From the NCBI GenBank assembly GCA_001917665.1, contig MNEL01000027.1, forward strand, positions 18,866 through 82,865: a stretch of 64,000 nt of DNA. The letters run 5' to 3'. The notes under the pieces are model-generated. The model was not told where the DNA came from and searched no databases. It saw nothing but the letters and a program-made list of their open reading frames with translations. Below, piece after piece: positions 50,016-60,814 of this stretch (positions within the stretch are counted from its first letter, which is position 1; every line of letters begins with the position of its first letter). Both the position numbers and the translations under genes were made by a program. The DNA is from Gemmatimonadetes bacterium 13_1_40CM_69_22. GTDB taxonomy: Bacteria > Gemmatimonadota > Gemmatimonadetes > Gemmatimonadales > GWC2-71-9.

Positions 50016-51517
50016 CGCGCGGCCGCGGCCGGCGCGGCGGGCCGGACGGACTCGATGAATCGCTGCGCGCTCGGCTCCATGCGCCGCAGGAACGGCGTCG
50101 GGTACACGCCGATCCACACGATGCAGGCGACGAGCGGCAGCAGCACGGCCAGCTCGCGCGGCGACAGGTCGGCAAGCTGCGCGTTCTCGGGCTTGTCGAG
50201 CGGGTTGTAGATCACCCGCTGCAACGCCGGCAGGAGGTACATCGCCGCCACGATGACCCCCGTGGTCGCCACGCCCGCGGCGATGGGGTAGGTGCGGAAC
50301 GCCCCGAGCAGCACGAGGAATTCCCCGACGAACCCGTTGGTGGCGGGCAACCCGATGGATGAGAGCGACACGATCGTGAGCACGGCGGCGAAGAGCGGCA
50401 CGACCTTCGCGATGCCGCCAAACGCCTCGATCAGCCGGCTGTGACGCCGCTCGTACAGCATCCCGACCAGGAAGAAGAGCGCGCCGGTCGAGATGCCGTG
50501 ATTGATCATCACCATGAGCGCGCCCTGCACGCTCTGCAGCGTCAGGGCCCAGATGCCGAGCATCACGAACCCCAGGTGCGCGACCGAAGAGTACGCGATC
50601 AGCTTTTTGAAGTCGGGCTGCGCCATGGCGACGAGCCCGCCGTAGACGATCCCGATCAGGGACAGCGTGACGATCGCCGCCTGCACCGCCGGGTGGAGCG
50701 CCACCTGCGGGAAGAACGGCAATGCGAAGCGCAGGAAGCCGTACGTCCCCATCTTCAGCAGGACCGCGGCGAGGAGCACCGAGCCCGCAGTCGGCGCCTC
50801 GACGTGGGCGTCCGGGAGCCAGGTGTGGAACGGAAACATCGGGACCTTGATCGCGAACGCGAGAAAGAAGGCGCCGAACAACCAGAACGCCACGGTCCCC
50901 AGCGCGCCGATGTTGCTCATCAGGTGGACGTAGGAGAACGAGTAGACGCCGGTGCGCTGGGCGACGAGGTAGACGAGCGTCAGGATCGCCACCAGCATCA
51001 GCAGCGATCCGAAAAACGTGTAGACGAAGAACTTGAGCGCCGCGTACAGCCGGTTTTGTCCGCCCCACACGCCGATGATGAAGTACATGGGGATGAGCAT
51101 CACGTCCCACATCACGTAGAAGAGGAAGAGATCGAGCGACACAAACACGCCGATCATCCCGGACGTGAGCACGAGCATGAGCGCATAGAACGCCCGCTCG
51201 CGCGTCGTGATGTAGTTGTAGCTCCCCAGGATCGACAGCGGCACGAGGAACGTCGTGAGCAGGACCATGAAGAGTGAGATCCCGTCGACACCCACCGTGT
51301 AGTGTATCCCCCAGCTCGGGATCCAGGGCACGTCGAGCTGGAGCTGCATCCCGCCCGCGGGCTGGAAGACCCACCACAGCGGCACGGAGATGGCGAACTC
51401 GAGCAGGCTTGCCGCAAGCGCGATGTGCTTCGCCCAGCGCTCCGGCGCGGCGAGGACGACGACGGCCGCGATCGCGGGCCAGGCGATGAGCGCCGTGAGA
51501 ACCGATTGAGCGTACAT
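50012..51517 (-). CDS. nuoM: NADH-quinone oxidoreductase subunit M
   Basis: 501 aa: ...FAIKVPMFPFHTWLPDAHVEAPTAGSV... Confidence 0.95.
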   Translation of the reverse strand: MYAQSVLTALIAWPAIAAVVVLAAPERWAKHIALAASLLEFAISVPLWWVFQPAGGMQLQLDVPWIPSWGIHYTVGVDGISLFMVLLTTFLVPLSILGSYNYITTRERAFYALMLVLTSGMIGVFVSLDLFLFYVMWDVMLIPMYFIIGVWGGQNRLYAALKFFVYTFFGSLLMLVAILTLVYLVAQRTGVYSFSYVHLMSNIGALGTVAFWLFGAFFLAFAIKVPMFPFHTWLPDAHVEAPTAGSVLLAAVLLKMGTYGFLRFALPFFPQVALHPAVQAAIVTLSLIGIVYGGLVAMAQPDFKKLIAYSSVAHLGFVMLGIWALTLQSVQGALMVMINHGISTGALFFLVGMLYERRHSRLIEAFGGIAKVVPLFAAVLTIVSLSSIGLPATNGFVGEFLVLLGAFRTYPIAAGVATTGVIVAAMYLLPALQRVIYNPLDKPENAQLADLSPRELAVLLPLVACIVWIGVYPTPFLRRMEPSAQRFIESVRPAAPAAAAR

Positions 51518-51520
51518 CGG

Positions 51521-53500
51521 TTATCGCACCGCCCCGCCGACCACCAGCAACACCCCGACGACGAACAGGACGACGTAGAAGCCCACCTCGCCGGTCTGCA
51601 GCCTGCTCCCGAGCCAGCCGAGCGCGCGGGAGGCCGTGGCGCTGCCGTTCACGATCAGCCCGTCCACGATGCGGGCGTCGATGGTCTTCCACAGGACCTC
51701 ACGGGCCAGCCATTGGATGGGCCGCACGATGATCGTGTCGTACAGCTCGTCCACATACCACTTCTTCCACAGGAGGCGCCCCAGGCCGGTTTCGGGAGGC
51801 GCGAGCCGCGCCGGCAGCAGCGCCTCCGGCTGGAGCAGCCGCACCGCGCCGACGATGCCGAGTGCGGCCACCCCGACCGCGCTGCTCAGCACGGCCCACT
51901 CGACGACGGGCGACAGCTCCACCGCGGGACGCATCCGGGCGGCGAGCCCGGTGACCGGCTCGAGCCAGTGCTGCAGGAAAGCGCCACCGCCCATGAGCTC
52001 GGGGAGGTCGAGCAGGCCCCCGATCAGGCTCAGCAGCCCTAACACGACCAGCGGTCCGGTCATCACCCATGGCGCCTCGTGCAGGTGCGGCCGCTCCTGC
52101 TCGCCCGTGCGGGTGGCGCCGTGGAAGGTGTAGAGCATCAGCCGCGTCATGTAGAACGCGGTGAGCAGCGCCGCCGCGACGCCCATCCCCCAGTACACGT
52201 ACCAGATCGGCTCGGCCGTGGCGAGCGCGAACGCGGCGCCGAGAATCGCGTCTTTGGAGAAGAAGCCCGAGAGGGGCGGGATGCCCGCGATGGCGAGGGT
52301 CGCGATCCACATGAGGGTCGCGGTCCACGGGAGATAGCGCCGTAGCCCCCCCATGTTCCGCATGTCCTGGGCGTCGTCGTGGGAGTGGGTGGCGTGGTAG
52401 GCGCGGTGCATCGCGTGGATGACGCTGCCCGAGCCCAGAAACAGGAGCGCCTTGAAAAACGCATGCGTCACGAGGTGGAAGATTCCGGCGGCGTACGCGC
52501 CAGTGCCCACACCCAAGAACATGTAGCCGAGCTGCGAGATGGTGGAATACGCGAGCACACGCTTGATGTCCCATTGTTTGAGCGCGATGGTGGCGGCGAA
52601 CAGTGCGGTCAGGGCGCCGACGCCGGCGACCGCAGCGCTCCCCAGCGGGGATAGCGCGAACAGCACGTTGCAGCGTGCCACGAGATAGACGCCCGCCGTC
52701 ACCATCGTAGCCGCGTGGATCAGCGCCGACACCGGTGTCGGGCCCTGCATCGCATCCGGCAGCCAGGTGTACAGCGGGATCTGCGCCGACTTTCCCGTAC
52801 AGCCGAGGAACAGGAAGAGCGTGACGGCGGTGATCGTGGTCCCCGCGGGCGGGAACACCGCCTGCGCCCGGCCGAACACCGGGCCAAAGTCGAGCGAGCC
52901 GGTCGCGCGGAAGATCAGAAACATCGCGATCAGGAACCCGAAGTCGCCGATGCGGTTCACGATGAACGCCTTCTTGCCGGCGTCGGCGTTGATCTGCTCG
53001 TTGAACCAGAAGCCGATCAGGAGGTAGGAGCACAGTCCCACCCCTTCCCACCCCACGAACATCACCGGGAAGCTCGCCCCCAGCACGAGCATCAGCATGA
53101 AGAACACGAACAAATTGAGGTAGGCGAAGTAGCGCGCGTACCCCGCGTCTGCGTGCATGTAGCCGACGCTGAAGAGGTGGATGAGGGCGCCGACGCCGGT
53201 CACGACCAGCGCCATCACCGCGGCGAGCTGGTCGAACTGGAGTGCGAAGTCGAGCCGCAGGTCGCCGGCCGGCATCCACGCCCAGTAGCGGAACACCAGC
53301 GGCGCGGCCTGATGGAGGCCCGCGAACTCGGCCACGGCGGCCGCCGCTGCGGCGAACGCCAGCACGAGCACCCCCACCCCGATCGTCGACACGGCGGCCT
53401 TGGCGGTGGGACGCCACAGCGCCAGCGCGCCGTTCAGGAGGAAGCCCACGAGCGGCAGCGCCGGGACCAGCCAGAGCAGCTGCAGCGCGGAGGCCGGCAT
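51521..53500 (-). CDS. nuoL: NADH-quinone oxidoreductase subunit L
   Basis: Start taken at [17 protein letters not shown] (TGATG with the nuoK stop). Motifs: ...WEGVGLCSYLLIGFW...KSAQIPLYTWLPDAMQGPTPVSALIHAATMV. Confidence 0.95.
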   Translation of the reverse strand: MPASALQLLWLVPALPLVGFLLNGALALWRPTAKAAVSTIGVGVLVLAFAAAAAAVAEFAGLHQAAPLVFRYWAWMPAGDLRLDFALQFDQLAAVMALVVTGVGALIHLFSVGYMHADAGYARYFAYLNLFVFFMLMLVLGASFPVMFVGWEGVGLCSYLLIGFWFNEQINADAGKKAFIVNRIGDFGFLIAMFLIFRATGSLDFGPVFGRAQAVFPPAGTTITAVTLFLFLGCTGKSAQIPLYTWLPDAMQGPTPVSALIHAATMVTAGVYLVARCNVLFALSPLGSAAVAGVGALTALFAATIALKQWDIKRVLAYSTISQLGYMFLGVGTGAYAAGIFHLVTHAFFKALLFLGSGSVIHAMHRAYHATHSHDDAQDMRNMGGLRRYLPWTATLMWIATLAIAGIPPLSGFFSKDAILGAAFALATAEPIWYVYWGMGVAAALLTAFYMTRLMLYTFHGATRTGEQERPHLHEAPWVMTGPLVVLGLLSLIGGLLDLPELMGGGAFLQHWLEPVTGLAARMRPAVELSPVVEWAVLSSAVGVAALGIVGAVRLLQPEALLPARLAPPETGLGRLLWKKWYVDELYDTIIVRPIQWLAREVLWKTIDARIVDGLIVNGSATASRALGWLGSRLQTGEVGFYVVLFVVGVLLVVGGAVR

Positions 53501-53796
53501 CAGCCCTTGAGCAGGTTGATGTTCTGGAGGTTGACTGTCCCCCGGTGGCGGTAGATCGCGAGGATGATCGCGAGTCCGACCGCCGCCTCCGCAGCGGCCA
53601 CCGCCATCACGAAGAAAACGAAAAGCTGCCCGGCGACGCCCAGACGCTGCGCCAGCGCGACGAACGTGAGATTCACCGCGTTCAGCATCAGCTCGACGCA
53701 CATGAAGATCACGATGGCGTTACGCCGCAGCAGCACTCCGAAGACACCGAGCGTGAACAGTGCGGCGGAAACGAACAGGGCGGGTCCGAGGAGCAT
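53500..53796 (-). CDS. nuoK: NADH-quinone oxidoreductase subunit K
   Basis: 98 aa, three TM segments: ...[12 protein letters not shown].... Confidence 0.95.
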   Translation of the reverse strand: MLLGPALFVSAALFTLGVFGVLLRRNAIVIFMCVELMLNAVNLTFVALAQRLGVAGQLFVFFVMAVAAAEAAVGLAIILAIYRHRGTVNLQNINLLKG

Positions 53797-54318
<522 letters not shown>

Positions 54319-54321
54319 GTC

Positions 54322-54828
54322 CTACTCGCCGTTGGGGTCGGAGGGGTCCCATAGCGTCGAGACGGGATGCGTCTGCGCGCACAAGCGCTCGAGATCGTAG
54401 ACGAAGCGATCGCGCGAGAACTCCGAGTTCTCGAAGTGCACGCCCACGTGGATCGCCTCCTCGGGGCAGACTTCCTGGCAGTAGCCGCAGAATATGCAAC
54501 GGAACTCGTCGATCTCGTAGATCAGGGGGTAGCGGTTGCCTTGCTCGTCCTCCCCCGGCACGAGCTTGATGCAGTTGGCGGGGCAGATCTGGGGGCACAG
54601 CCCGCAGGCGACGCATTTGGCGCGCCCCTGCTCGTCGGTGAGCATGCGGTGGGTGCCGCGCCAGCGCGGCGAGAGCGTCCAGTCCTTGCTGCTCTTTTCC
54701 TCCGGGTACTGCATCGTCACCTTCGGCCGCCACAGGTGGCTGAACGTGAGCGCCATGCCCTTGAGCGTGGCGCGGAGGTAGGACGCCTGGGTGCCGGGCC
54801 GCTTCATCACCTTCACGCCGATGGCCAT
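54322..54828 (-). CDS. nuoI: NADH-quinone oxidoreductase subunit I
   Basis: Two 4Fe-4S ferredoxin motifs: CVACGLCPQICP and CIFCGYCQEVCP. Confidence 0.95.
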   Translation of the reverse strand: MAIGVKVMKRPGTQASYLRATLKGMALTFSHLWRPKVTMQYPEEKSSKDWTLSPRWRGTHRMLTDEQGRAKCVACGLCPQICPANCIKLVPGEDEQGNRYPLIYEIDEFRCIFCGYCQEVCPEEAIHVGVHFENSEFSRDRFVYDLERLCAQTHPVSTLWDPSDPNGE

Positions 54829-54829
54829 G

Positions 54830-55999
54830 TCAGCGCGGCTCCTGCGCCACCGCGCCCGCCACCAGGCGGCCCCGATCGAGCACGAAGAACAGCGGCAGGG
54901 CGAGCAGCACGTTCAGCCCGAACAGCGCGAGCCCGAACTGCCGATCATAGTCCCAACCCAGCAGCCCGTGCAGGATCCAGATCGCGGTGGCGATCACGGT
55001 GACATAGCCGAGGGCGAGCGGCAGCATCACCTTCCACCCGAGCGCCATCAGCTGGTCGTAGCGGAAGCGCGGCAGGGTCCACCGCACCCAGATGTAGAGG
55101 AACAGGAACACCAGGACCTTGAAGGAGAACGCCCCCAGCGTCAGGAGGGTCTTGAGGGGCGACCACGGCGGGGTGTTGTCCCAGCTCGTGAACGGGATGT
55201 CCCACCCGCCGAAGAACAGCGTGGTCATCAGCGCCGACGCCGTCACCATATTCGAGTACTCGGCGATGTAGAACATCGAGAACTTCATCGCACTGTACTC
55301 GGTGTGGTAGCCGGCGATCAGCTCGCCTTCGGCCTCGGGGAGGTCGAACGGCAGCCGGTTCGTCTCTGCGAACGCCGCGACGATGAAGACGAAGAACGCG
55401 AGCGACAGTGGGAACACGTTCCACGTGACGAGCGACTGGGACTGCTTCGCGATGACGTCGGTGAGCGTCACGTTGCCCGCAAGCAGCAGCACCGCCACGG
55501 TGCTCATCCCCATGGCGATCTCGTAGGAGATCATCTGGGCCGAGGCGCGCAGGCCGCCGAGCAGCGAGTACTTGTTGTTCGACGCCCACCCCGCGAGCAC
55601 GATGCCGTACACGCCCAGCGAGCCGAACGCGAGGATGTAGAGGAACCCGACCGGCAGGTTCGCCACGACCATGTCCACGTCGCCCCAGGGCGTGGGCAGC
55701 GGGGTGGCGAACGGGATCACGGCGAAGGTGAGCAACGCGGGCACGAACGACATCGTCGGCGCGAGCATGAACAGCACCTTGTCGGCCTGCGCCGGCAGCG
55801 TCTCTTCCTTGAGCAGATTCTTGAGCCCGTCGGCCGCCGGTTGCAGCAGCCCCTGAGGCCCCACGCGGTTGGGGCCGAGACGATCCTGCATCCAGGCGCA
55901 GATGCGCCGCTCTGCCAGAGTCAGCAGGGCCACGCCCACCATGATCACGGTGAACACCACCACGATCTTGATGATCGAGCTGACCAGGAAGAACGTCAC
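54830..55999 (-). CDS. nuoH: NADH-quinone oxidoreductase subunit H
   Basis: Start taken at GTG 55999 (GTGA with the nuoG stop). Motifs: ...LAERRICAWMQDRLGPNRVGP.GLLQP.ADG.K... Confidence 0.9.
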   Translation of the reverse strand: MTFFLVSSIIKIVVVFTVIMVGVALLTLAERRICAWMQDRLGPNRVGPQGLLQPAADGLKNLLKEETLPAQADKVLFMLAPTMSFVPALLTFAVIPFATPLPTPWGDVDMVVANLPVGFLYILAFGSLGVYGIVLAGWASNNKYSLLGGLRASAQMISYEIAMGMSTVAVLLLAGNVTLTDVIAKQSQSLVTWNVFPLSLAFFVFIVAAFAETNRLPFDLPEAEGELIAGYHTEYSAMKFSMFYIAEYSNMVTASALMTTLFFGGWDIPFTSWDNTPPWSPLKTLLTLGAFSFKVLVFLFLYIWVRWTLPRFRYDQLMALGWKVMLPLALGYVTVIATAIWILHGLLGWDYDRQFGLALFGLNVLLALPLFFVLDRGRLVAGAVAQEPR

Positions 56000-57564
56000 G
56001 CCGTCGCTCCGACTGCCGTGGTGAGCCTCCTGCCGAGCAGTCCCAGGCTCGCGTAGCTCAGCCCTGCGAACGGCTCCCCCCCCACCGACTGGGCGAGCCG
56101 GTCGAACACCTCGGCCGGTCCCGCGAGCGGCGCGCCGTTCCCCAGCGCCCCGAGCAGCTCGGCGAGTACCCACCACGCCGGCCGGGCCATCCCGGGCGCG
56201 GGCTTCGCCTGGAAGTAGCGCTGCACGCGCCCATCCCGGTTCACGAAGCTGCCGTCCTCCTCCGCCACGTTGGCGATGGGGAGCACGACCTCGGCGTGAC
56301 GCGCGCCGTCCGGCAGCACGGTGCCGAGGTAGACGAGGGCCCCCGCCGGCTGGACCGTGATCTCCGGTTCGTCGAGCACGAGGACGACCCCGGCTGACTC
56401 CGCCGCCCGGAGCGCGGCGGCATAATCGCGCCCGTACCCGAGCAGATCGGCGGCGGTGCCGTTCGGGGCTCGCTCCGCCCGCAGCGCCAGGTTCGGGACT
56501 CCCGCGAGCGGCGCCTCCTCGCCCATTACGATCTGCACGGCGCCGGTCCAGTCGAAGCCGGCGAGCAGCTCGCGGGCGAGGAACAGCGCCTCAGTCGACA
56601 TCCTGGGTGACGCCAGCGCCACGGCTTTGCCGCTCGCCCCCCGCAGCACGGTCGCGGCGCGCTCCAGCGCCTCGTCCCAGTCCACTGCCTGTAGCTCACC
56701 GCCGCCGCGCTGCACCAGCGGCGCCTCGATCCGGTCGCCGCGGTTCATCCAGCGGTAGTGCATGCGGCCGTGGTCGCACAGGAAGTAGCGGTTGACTTCG
56801 AGGTTCGGGCGGGGGCGCACGCGCACCACGATGTTGTCGCGCGTGTCGAGCGTGACGTTGCAGCCCTGCGAGCAGCCGGTGCAGACGGAGGCCGACTTGT
56901 CGAGCTCCCAGGCGCGTGCCCGGTGCAGGAAATCCTTGGACAGGAGGGAGCCGACCGGGCACAAATCGACGACGTTCCCGGCCCACGGGTGGTCGAGCCG
57001 CGCCGCGGGGTGGATCCCGATGTAGGCCCGGTCGCCCCGCTCGGAGACGTTGAGCACGGGCTCCTGGGCGACGTCCTCCATGAAACGCACGCAGCGGGTG
57101 CACAGGATGCAGCGGTTCGGGACGTACAGCACGTCGGGACCGAAGTCCTCCACCGGGTTGAAGCGCTTCGCATAGTCCGGGCTGTAGCGCGTCGCCGGGC
57201 GGCCTTCCTGGAAGGTGAAGTCTTGTAACTCGCACTCCCCCGCCTGATCGCAGATCGGGCAGTCGAGCGGGTGGTTGATGAGCAGCAGCTCGAGCACTCC
57301 CATGCGGGCGCTCTTCGCCGGCTCGGACTGCGTATGCACCACCATCCCCTCGGTCACCTGAGTGGCACAGGCGATCTGCAGCTTCGGGGCGTTCTCGACC
57401 TGCACGAGACACATGCGGCACACACCGGCCACCGGCAGCCCCGGGTGATAGCAGTAGTGCGGGACCAGCACGCCTGCCTGTTTCGCCGCCTCGATGACGA
57501 GGGTGCCTGGAGGCACGCTGACGGGCATCCCGTCGATCGTCAGATTGACCGCGCCGTCAGCCAT
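55996..57564 (-). CDS. nuoG: NADH-quinone oxidoreductase subunit G (short form)
   Basis: N-terminal 2Fe-2S/4Fe-4S Cys clusters (HYCYHPGLPVAGVCRMCLV; CPICDQAGECELQ) with a truncated molybdopterin-like domain. 522 aa. Confidence 0.9.
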   Translation of the reverse strand: MADGAVNLTIDGMPVSVPPGTLVIEAAKQAGVLVPHYCYHPGLPVAGVCRMCLVQVENAPKLQIACATQVTEGMVVHTQSEPAKSARMGVLELLLINHPLDCPICDQAGECELQDFTFQEGRPATRYSPDYAKRFNPVEDFGPDVLYVPNRCILCTRCVRFMEDVAQEPVLNVSERGDRAYIGIHPAARLDHPWAGNVVDLCPVGSLLSKDFLHRARAWELDKSASVCTGCSQGCNVTLDTRDNIVVRVRPRPNLEVNRYFLCDHGRMHYRWMNRGDRIEAPLVQRGGGELQAVDWDEALERAATVLRGASGKAVALASPRMSTEALFLARELLAGFDWTGAVQIVMGEEAPLAGVPNLALRAERAPNGTAADLLGYGRDYAAALRAAESAGVVLVLDEPEITVQPAGALVYLGTVLPDGARHAEVVLPIANVAEEDGSFVNRDGRVQRYFQAKPAPGMARPAWWVLAELLGALGNGAPLAGPAEVFDRLAQSVGGEPFAGLSYASLGLLGRRLTTAVGATA

Positions 57565-57577
57565 CGACCGTCAGCCT

Positions 57578-58858
57578 TCACGCCACCATCACGGGGCGCC
57601 GCCGGCCCGCGATGTAGTCTTCGAACTCGCTGCGGAACTTCTTGATGCCGGAGACGACGGGGGCAGCGCAGGAGTCCGAGAGCACGCAGATGGTCTTTCC
57701 CGTCATGTTCTCCGCGAGGTCGAGCAGCAGGTCGAGATCCGACGTTTTCCCCTGGCCCGCCAGGATCCGCTCGAGGATCTTCGTGGTCCACGCGGTCCCT
57801 TCGCGGCACTGGGTGCACTGGGCGCACGACTCGTGCGCGTAGAAGCGGGCGAGGCGCATGATCTGATAGACCAGGTCGGCGGAATCGTCGAACACGATCA
57901 CGCCACCCGAGCCCAGCATGGTGCCTTGCTCGACGGCCCCCTCGTAATCCAGCAGGCAGCTTTCCGTTTCGTCGCGGTTCAGAATCGGGACCGACGAGCC
58001 GCCCGGGATGCAGGCTTTCAGGGTGCGGCCCGGCTGCATCCCGCCGCACAGCTCGTACAGCAGGTCCTTGAGCGGGAAGCCCATCGTCACCTCGTAGTTG
58101 CCCGGCTTCTGGACCTGCCCGCACACCGAGAACAGCTTCGTGCCCGTGCTCTTCGGGTTGGAGAGGGACAGCTTCTTGTACCACGCCGGGCCGTTCGTGA
58201 GGATGGGCGGCACCGCGGCGAGCGTCTCGACGTTGTTGATCGTGGTCGGCAGGCCGAACACGCCGACGGCGGCGGGGAACGGCGGCTTGATCCGGGGGTT
58301 GCCGCGCTTTCCCTCGATCGAGTTCATCAGCGCGGTCTCTTCGCCGCAGATGTACGCGCCCGCGCCGCGGTGCAGGTGGATCTTGAGATCGCCGAACACG
58401 GCAGCGGCGCTCGCTTCGGCGAGCGCTTGCTCCATGATCGCATACGGCTCGGTGAACTCGCCCCGGATGTAGATGTAGCCGACCTCGGCCTGGATCGCCC
58501 GCATCGCGATCGCCGTGCCCTCGAGCAGCGCGTGCGGCGTCCAGCGCATGATCTCGCGGTCCTTGAACGTCCCTGGCTCGGACTCGTCCGCGTTCACGCA
58601 CAGGTAGTGCGGCTTTTTCTTCTCCTTGGGCATGAACGACCACTTGAGGCCCGTCGGGAAGCCGGCGCCACCGCGCCCGCGCAGCCCGGACTCCTTCACC
58701 GCTTCAGTGATGGCCGCGGGCGCCATCGTCTGCGCCTGCTTCCACGCCTCGTAGCCCCCGCGCTTCACCCAGCCCTTGTAGGTGCGCGCGTCCGGGTCGC
58801 CGAAGTACCTCGAGAGAACGGCGGTCTCTTTGGGATGCGGCTTGTGGGGGTAGCCCAT
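57578..58858 (-). CDS. nuoF: NADH-quinone oxidoreductase subunit F
   Basis: Start taken at MGYPHKPHPKE. Motifs: GLRGRGGAGFPTG.KW, NADESEPGTFKDR, ESCAQCTQCREG. The track's upstream 47 codons are a translation of the heptamer repeat element. Confidence 0.95.
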   Translation of the reverse strand: MGYPHKPHPKETAVLSRYFGDPDARTYKGWVKRGGYEAWKQAQTMAPAAITEAVKESGLRGRGGAGFPTGLKWSFMPKEKKKPHYLCVNADESEPGTFKDREIMRWTPHALLEGTAIAMRAIQAEVGYIYIRGEFTEPYAIMEQALAEASAAAVFGDLKIHLHRGAGAYICGEETALMNSIEGKRGNPRIKPPFPAAVGVFGLPTTINNVETLAAVPPILTNGPAWYKKLSLSNPKSTGTKLFSVCGQVQKPGNYEVTMGFPLKDLLYELCGGMQPGRTLKACIPGGSSVPILNRDETESCLLDYEGAVEQGTMLGSGGVIVFDDSADLVYQIMRLARFYAHESCAQCTQCREGTAWTTKILERILAGQGKTSDLDLLLDLAENMTGKTICVLSDSCAAPVVSGIKKFRSEFEDYIAGRRRPVMVA

Positions 58859-58880
58859 TACCGCCGCCCTTCCCCACCCC

Positions 58881-59000
58881 GAGTGCGGAGTGTGGAATGC
58901 GGAATGCGTAATTGAACGTCCAGGTTCGATCCCCCAAATCCGACGTCGGCCTCGACGCCTGCCCGATATATTCCGCATTCCGCACTCCGCATTCCGCATC
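58881..59000. repeat. Heptamer-built inverted-repeat element, copy 2 (nuoE/nuoF intercistronic)
   Basis: Left arm GAGTGCGGAGTGTGGAATGCGGAATGCG (58881-58908). Right arm ATTCCGCATTCCGCACTCCGCATTCCGCAT (58970-58999), identical to 36565-36594. The arms are complementary over ~21-25 nt, and the ~60-nt loop is unrelated to that of copy 1. Confidence 0.9.
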
Positions 59001-59006
59001 TGGTCT

Positions 59007-59528
59007 TCACTGGTACTTCCTCACGAGCTCCGCGACCTTCTCCGGGCGCACGCTCTCGATGAAGTCGTCGTTGATCAGCACCGGGGTCGCGAACCCGCAG
59101 GCACCCAGGCATTCCACCTCGATCACCGTCCACTTGCCGTCGGGGCTCGTGGCACCGAGCTCCTTCGCCCCGGTCGCCTCCAGCAGGGCCTTCACCACGT
59201 CCTCGGCCCCGCAGATGTTGCAGGGCGACGTCGTGCACACCTGCACGAAATGCGTTCCCACCGGGTGCTGATGATACATGGTGTAGAACGTCACCACCCC
59301 CTTGACGTAGGCGGGCGTGAGGCCGAGCAGCGCGGCCACCTCGGTCATGTCGCGGTCGGAGATCCAGCCGCGCTGCTGCTGCACCAGCCACAGCGCCGGC
59401 AAGAGCGCCCCCTGCTTCGTGGGGTAGCGGGCGAGGATCGCCTGCAGCTCGGCGAGGACCTTCCCGGTGAACACCGGCTGATACTCTTCCATCCCGGTCT
59501 CGTGGGCGGGGCGCGCGCTCACGCTCAT
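59007..59528 (-). CDS. nuoE: NADH-quinone oxidoreductase subunit E
   Basis: Start taken at [10 protein letters not shown] (ATGA with the nuoD stop). Motifs: ...VCTTSPCNICGAE...VECLGACGFAP-like 2Fe-2S motif. Confidence 0.95.
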   Translation of the reverse strand: MSVSARPAHETGMEEYQPVFTGKVLAELQAILARYPTKQGALLPALWLVQQQRGWISDRDMTEVAALLGLTPAYVKGVVTFYTMYHQHPVGTHFVQVCTTSPCNICGAEDVVKALLEATGAKELGATSPDGKWTVIEVECLGACGFATPVLINDDFIESVRPEKVAELVRKYQ

Positions 59529-60814
59529 CGGTCGACCTCCCCCATCACGATGTCCACTGACGCGTTGATGGCGATCAAGTCGGAGAGCAGGTGCCCTTCG
59601 GCCATCTTCGGCAGTGCCGCGAGGTTGATGAACGACGGCGGTCGGATACGCCAGCGCACCGGCTTGGCGGTGCCGTCGGAGACCAGATAGGTGCCCAGCT
59701 CGCCCTTGGGGTTCTCGATCCCGACGTACGCCTCGCCGACCGGCGCCTTCACCCCCTCCATCACCTGCTTGAAGTGATAGATCATCGCTTCCATATCGCT
59801 CATGGCGCGCGACTTGGGGGGCAGAATCAGGCGCGGGTCCGCCACGTTCAGCGGGCCGTCGGGGAGCCGCTCGAGCGCCTGCCGCAGGATGCGGTTCGAC
59901 TGGTGGCACTCCTCGAGGCGCACCAGGTAGCGGTCGTACACATCGCCGTGCTCGCCCACGGGGACATCGAACTCGTAACTGTCGTAGTCGAGGTACGGCC
60001 GGTCTTTGCGCACGTCGTACGGGACGCCACTGGCCCGCAGCATCGGTCCGGACAGGGAGTAGTTGATCGCTTCCTGCGCCGTCATCGCGCCCACGCCCTG
60101 GGTGCGGCCGACCCAGACGGCGTTGCGCGTCAGCACGCGGTCGATCTCGTGCAGCGTCTTCGGGTAGGTGTCGACGAACTGCCGCAACCCCGCGACGAAG
60201 TCGTCCGTCACGTCGGCCATCATGCCCCCGACCCGCGTCACGCTCGTCGTGAGCCGCGCTCCGGTCCACATCTCCTGCAGGTTGTAGATGCGCTCCCGCT
60301 CCTGGAAGGCCCACAAGAACGGCGTGAATGCGCCGAGGTCGATCGAGGTCGTGCCGAGCCACACCATGTGCGAGATGATGCGGCTCATCTCGCACGCGAT
60401 CACGCGCAGCACGGTGCAGCGTGGCGTGAGCTCGATCCCCATCAGTTGCTCTGCCGCGAGTGCGAACCCGACGTTGTTCGCCATGGGCGAGAGGTAGTCG
60501 GTGCGGTCGGTGAGCGGGATGATCTGATTGTAGTGGCGGTATTCCCCGAGTTTCTCGAACCCGGAGTGCAAGTAGCCGACGTGGGGGATGACGCGGACGA
60601 CGGTCTCGCCGTCGAGCTCGACGACGAGGCGCAGCACGCCGTGCGTGGCGGGGTGCTGCGGACCGAGGTTGAGCAGCATGTGCTCGCCACCGGCCTCGGG
60701 CTCACCGTGTCGCTCGGGCTCGCGTGCTGCGGCGGCGAGCGGGAGGCGCGCCGGTCGGCCCTGCGCGTCCAGCCCCGGCGTCGCAAGCGCGAGTTCGACG
60801 GTCCGCTTGGTCAT
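59525..60814 (-). CDS. nuoD: NADH-quinone oxidoreductase subunit D
   Basis: Start taken at MTKRTVEL (ATGA with the nuoC stop). Motifs: ...[16 protein letters not shown]...GYLH.G.EK... Confidence 0.95.
   Translation of the reverse strand: MTKRTVELALATPGLDAQGRPARLPLAAAAREPERHGEPEAGGEHMLLNLGPQHPATHGVLRLVVELDGETVVRVIPHVGYLHSGFEKLGEYRHYNQIIPLTDRTDYLSPMANNVGFALAAEQLMGIELTPRCTVLRVIACEMSRIISHMVWLGTTSIDLGAFTPFLWAFQERERIYNLQEMWTGARLTTSVTRVGGMMADVTDDFVAGLRQFVDTYPKTLHEIDRVLTRNAVWVGRTQGVGAMTAQEAINYSLSGPMLRASGVPYDVRKDRPYLDYDSYEFDVPVGEHGDVYDRYLVRLEECHQSNRILRQALERLPDGPLNVADPRLILPPKSRAMSDMEAMIYHFKQVMEGVKAPVGEAYVGIENPKGELGTYLVSDGTAKPVRWRIRPPSFINLAALPKMAEGHLLSDLIAINASVDIVMGEVDR

Noticed and set aside
58923-58933. 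GGTTCGATCCC, a tRNA T-arm-like motif, in the loop of heptamer element copy 2.
   Set aside because: The flanks cannot form a T-stem (CCAGG versus CCCCA), and no acceptor, D or anticodon arms could be drawn. It is most likely coincidental.
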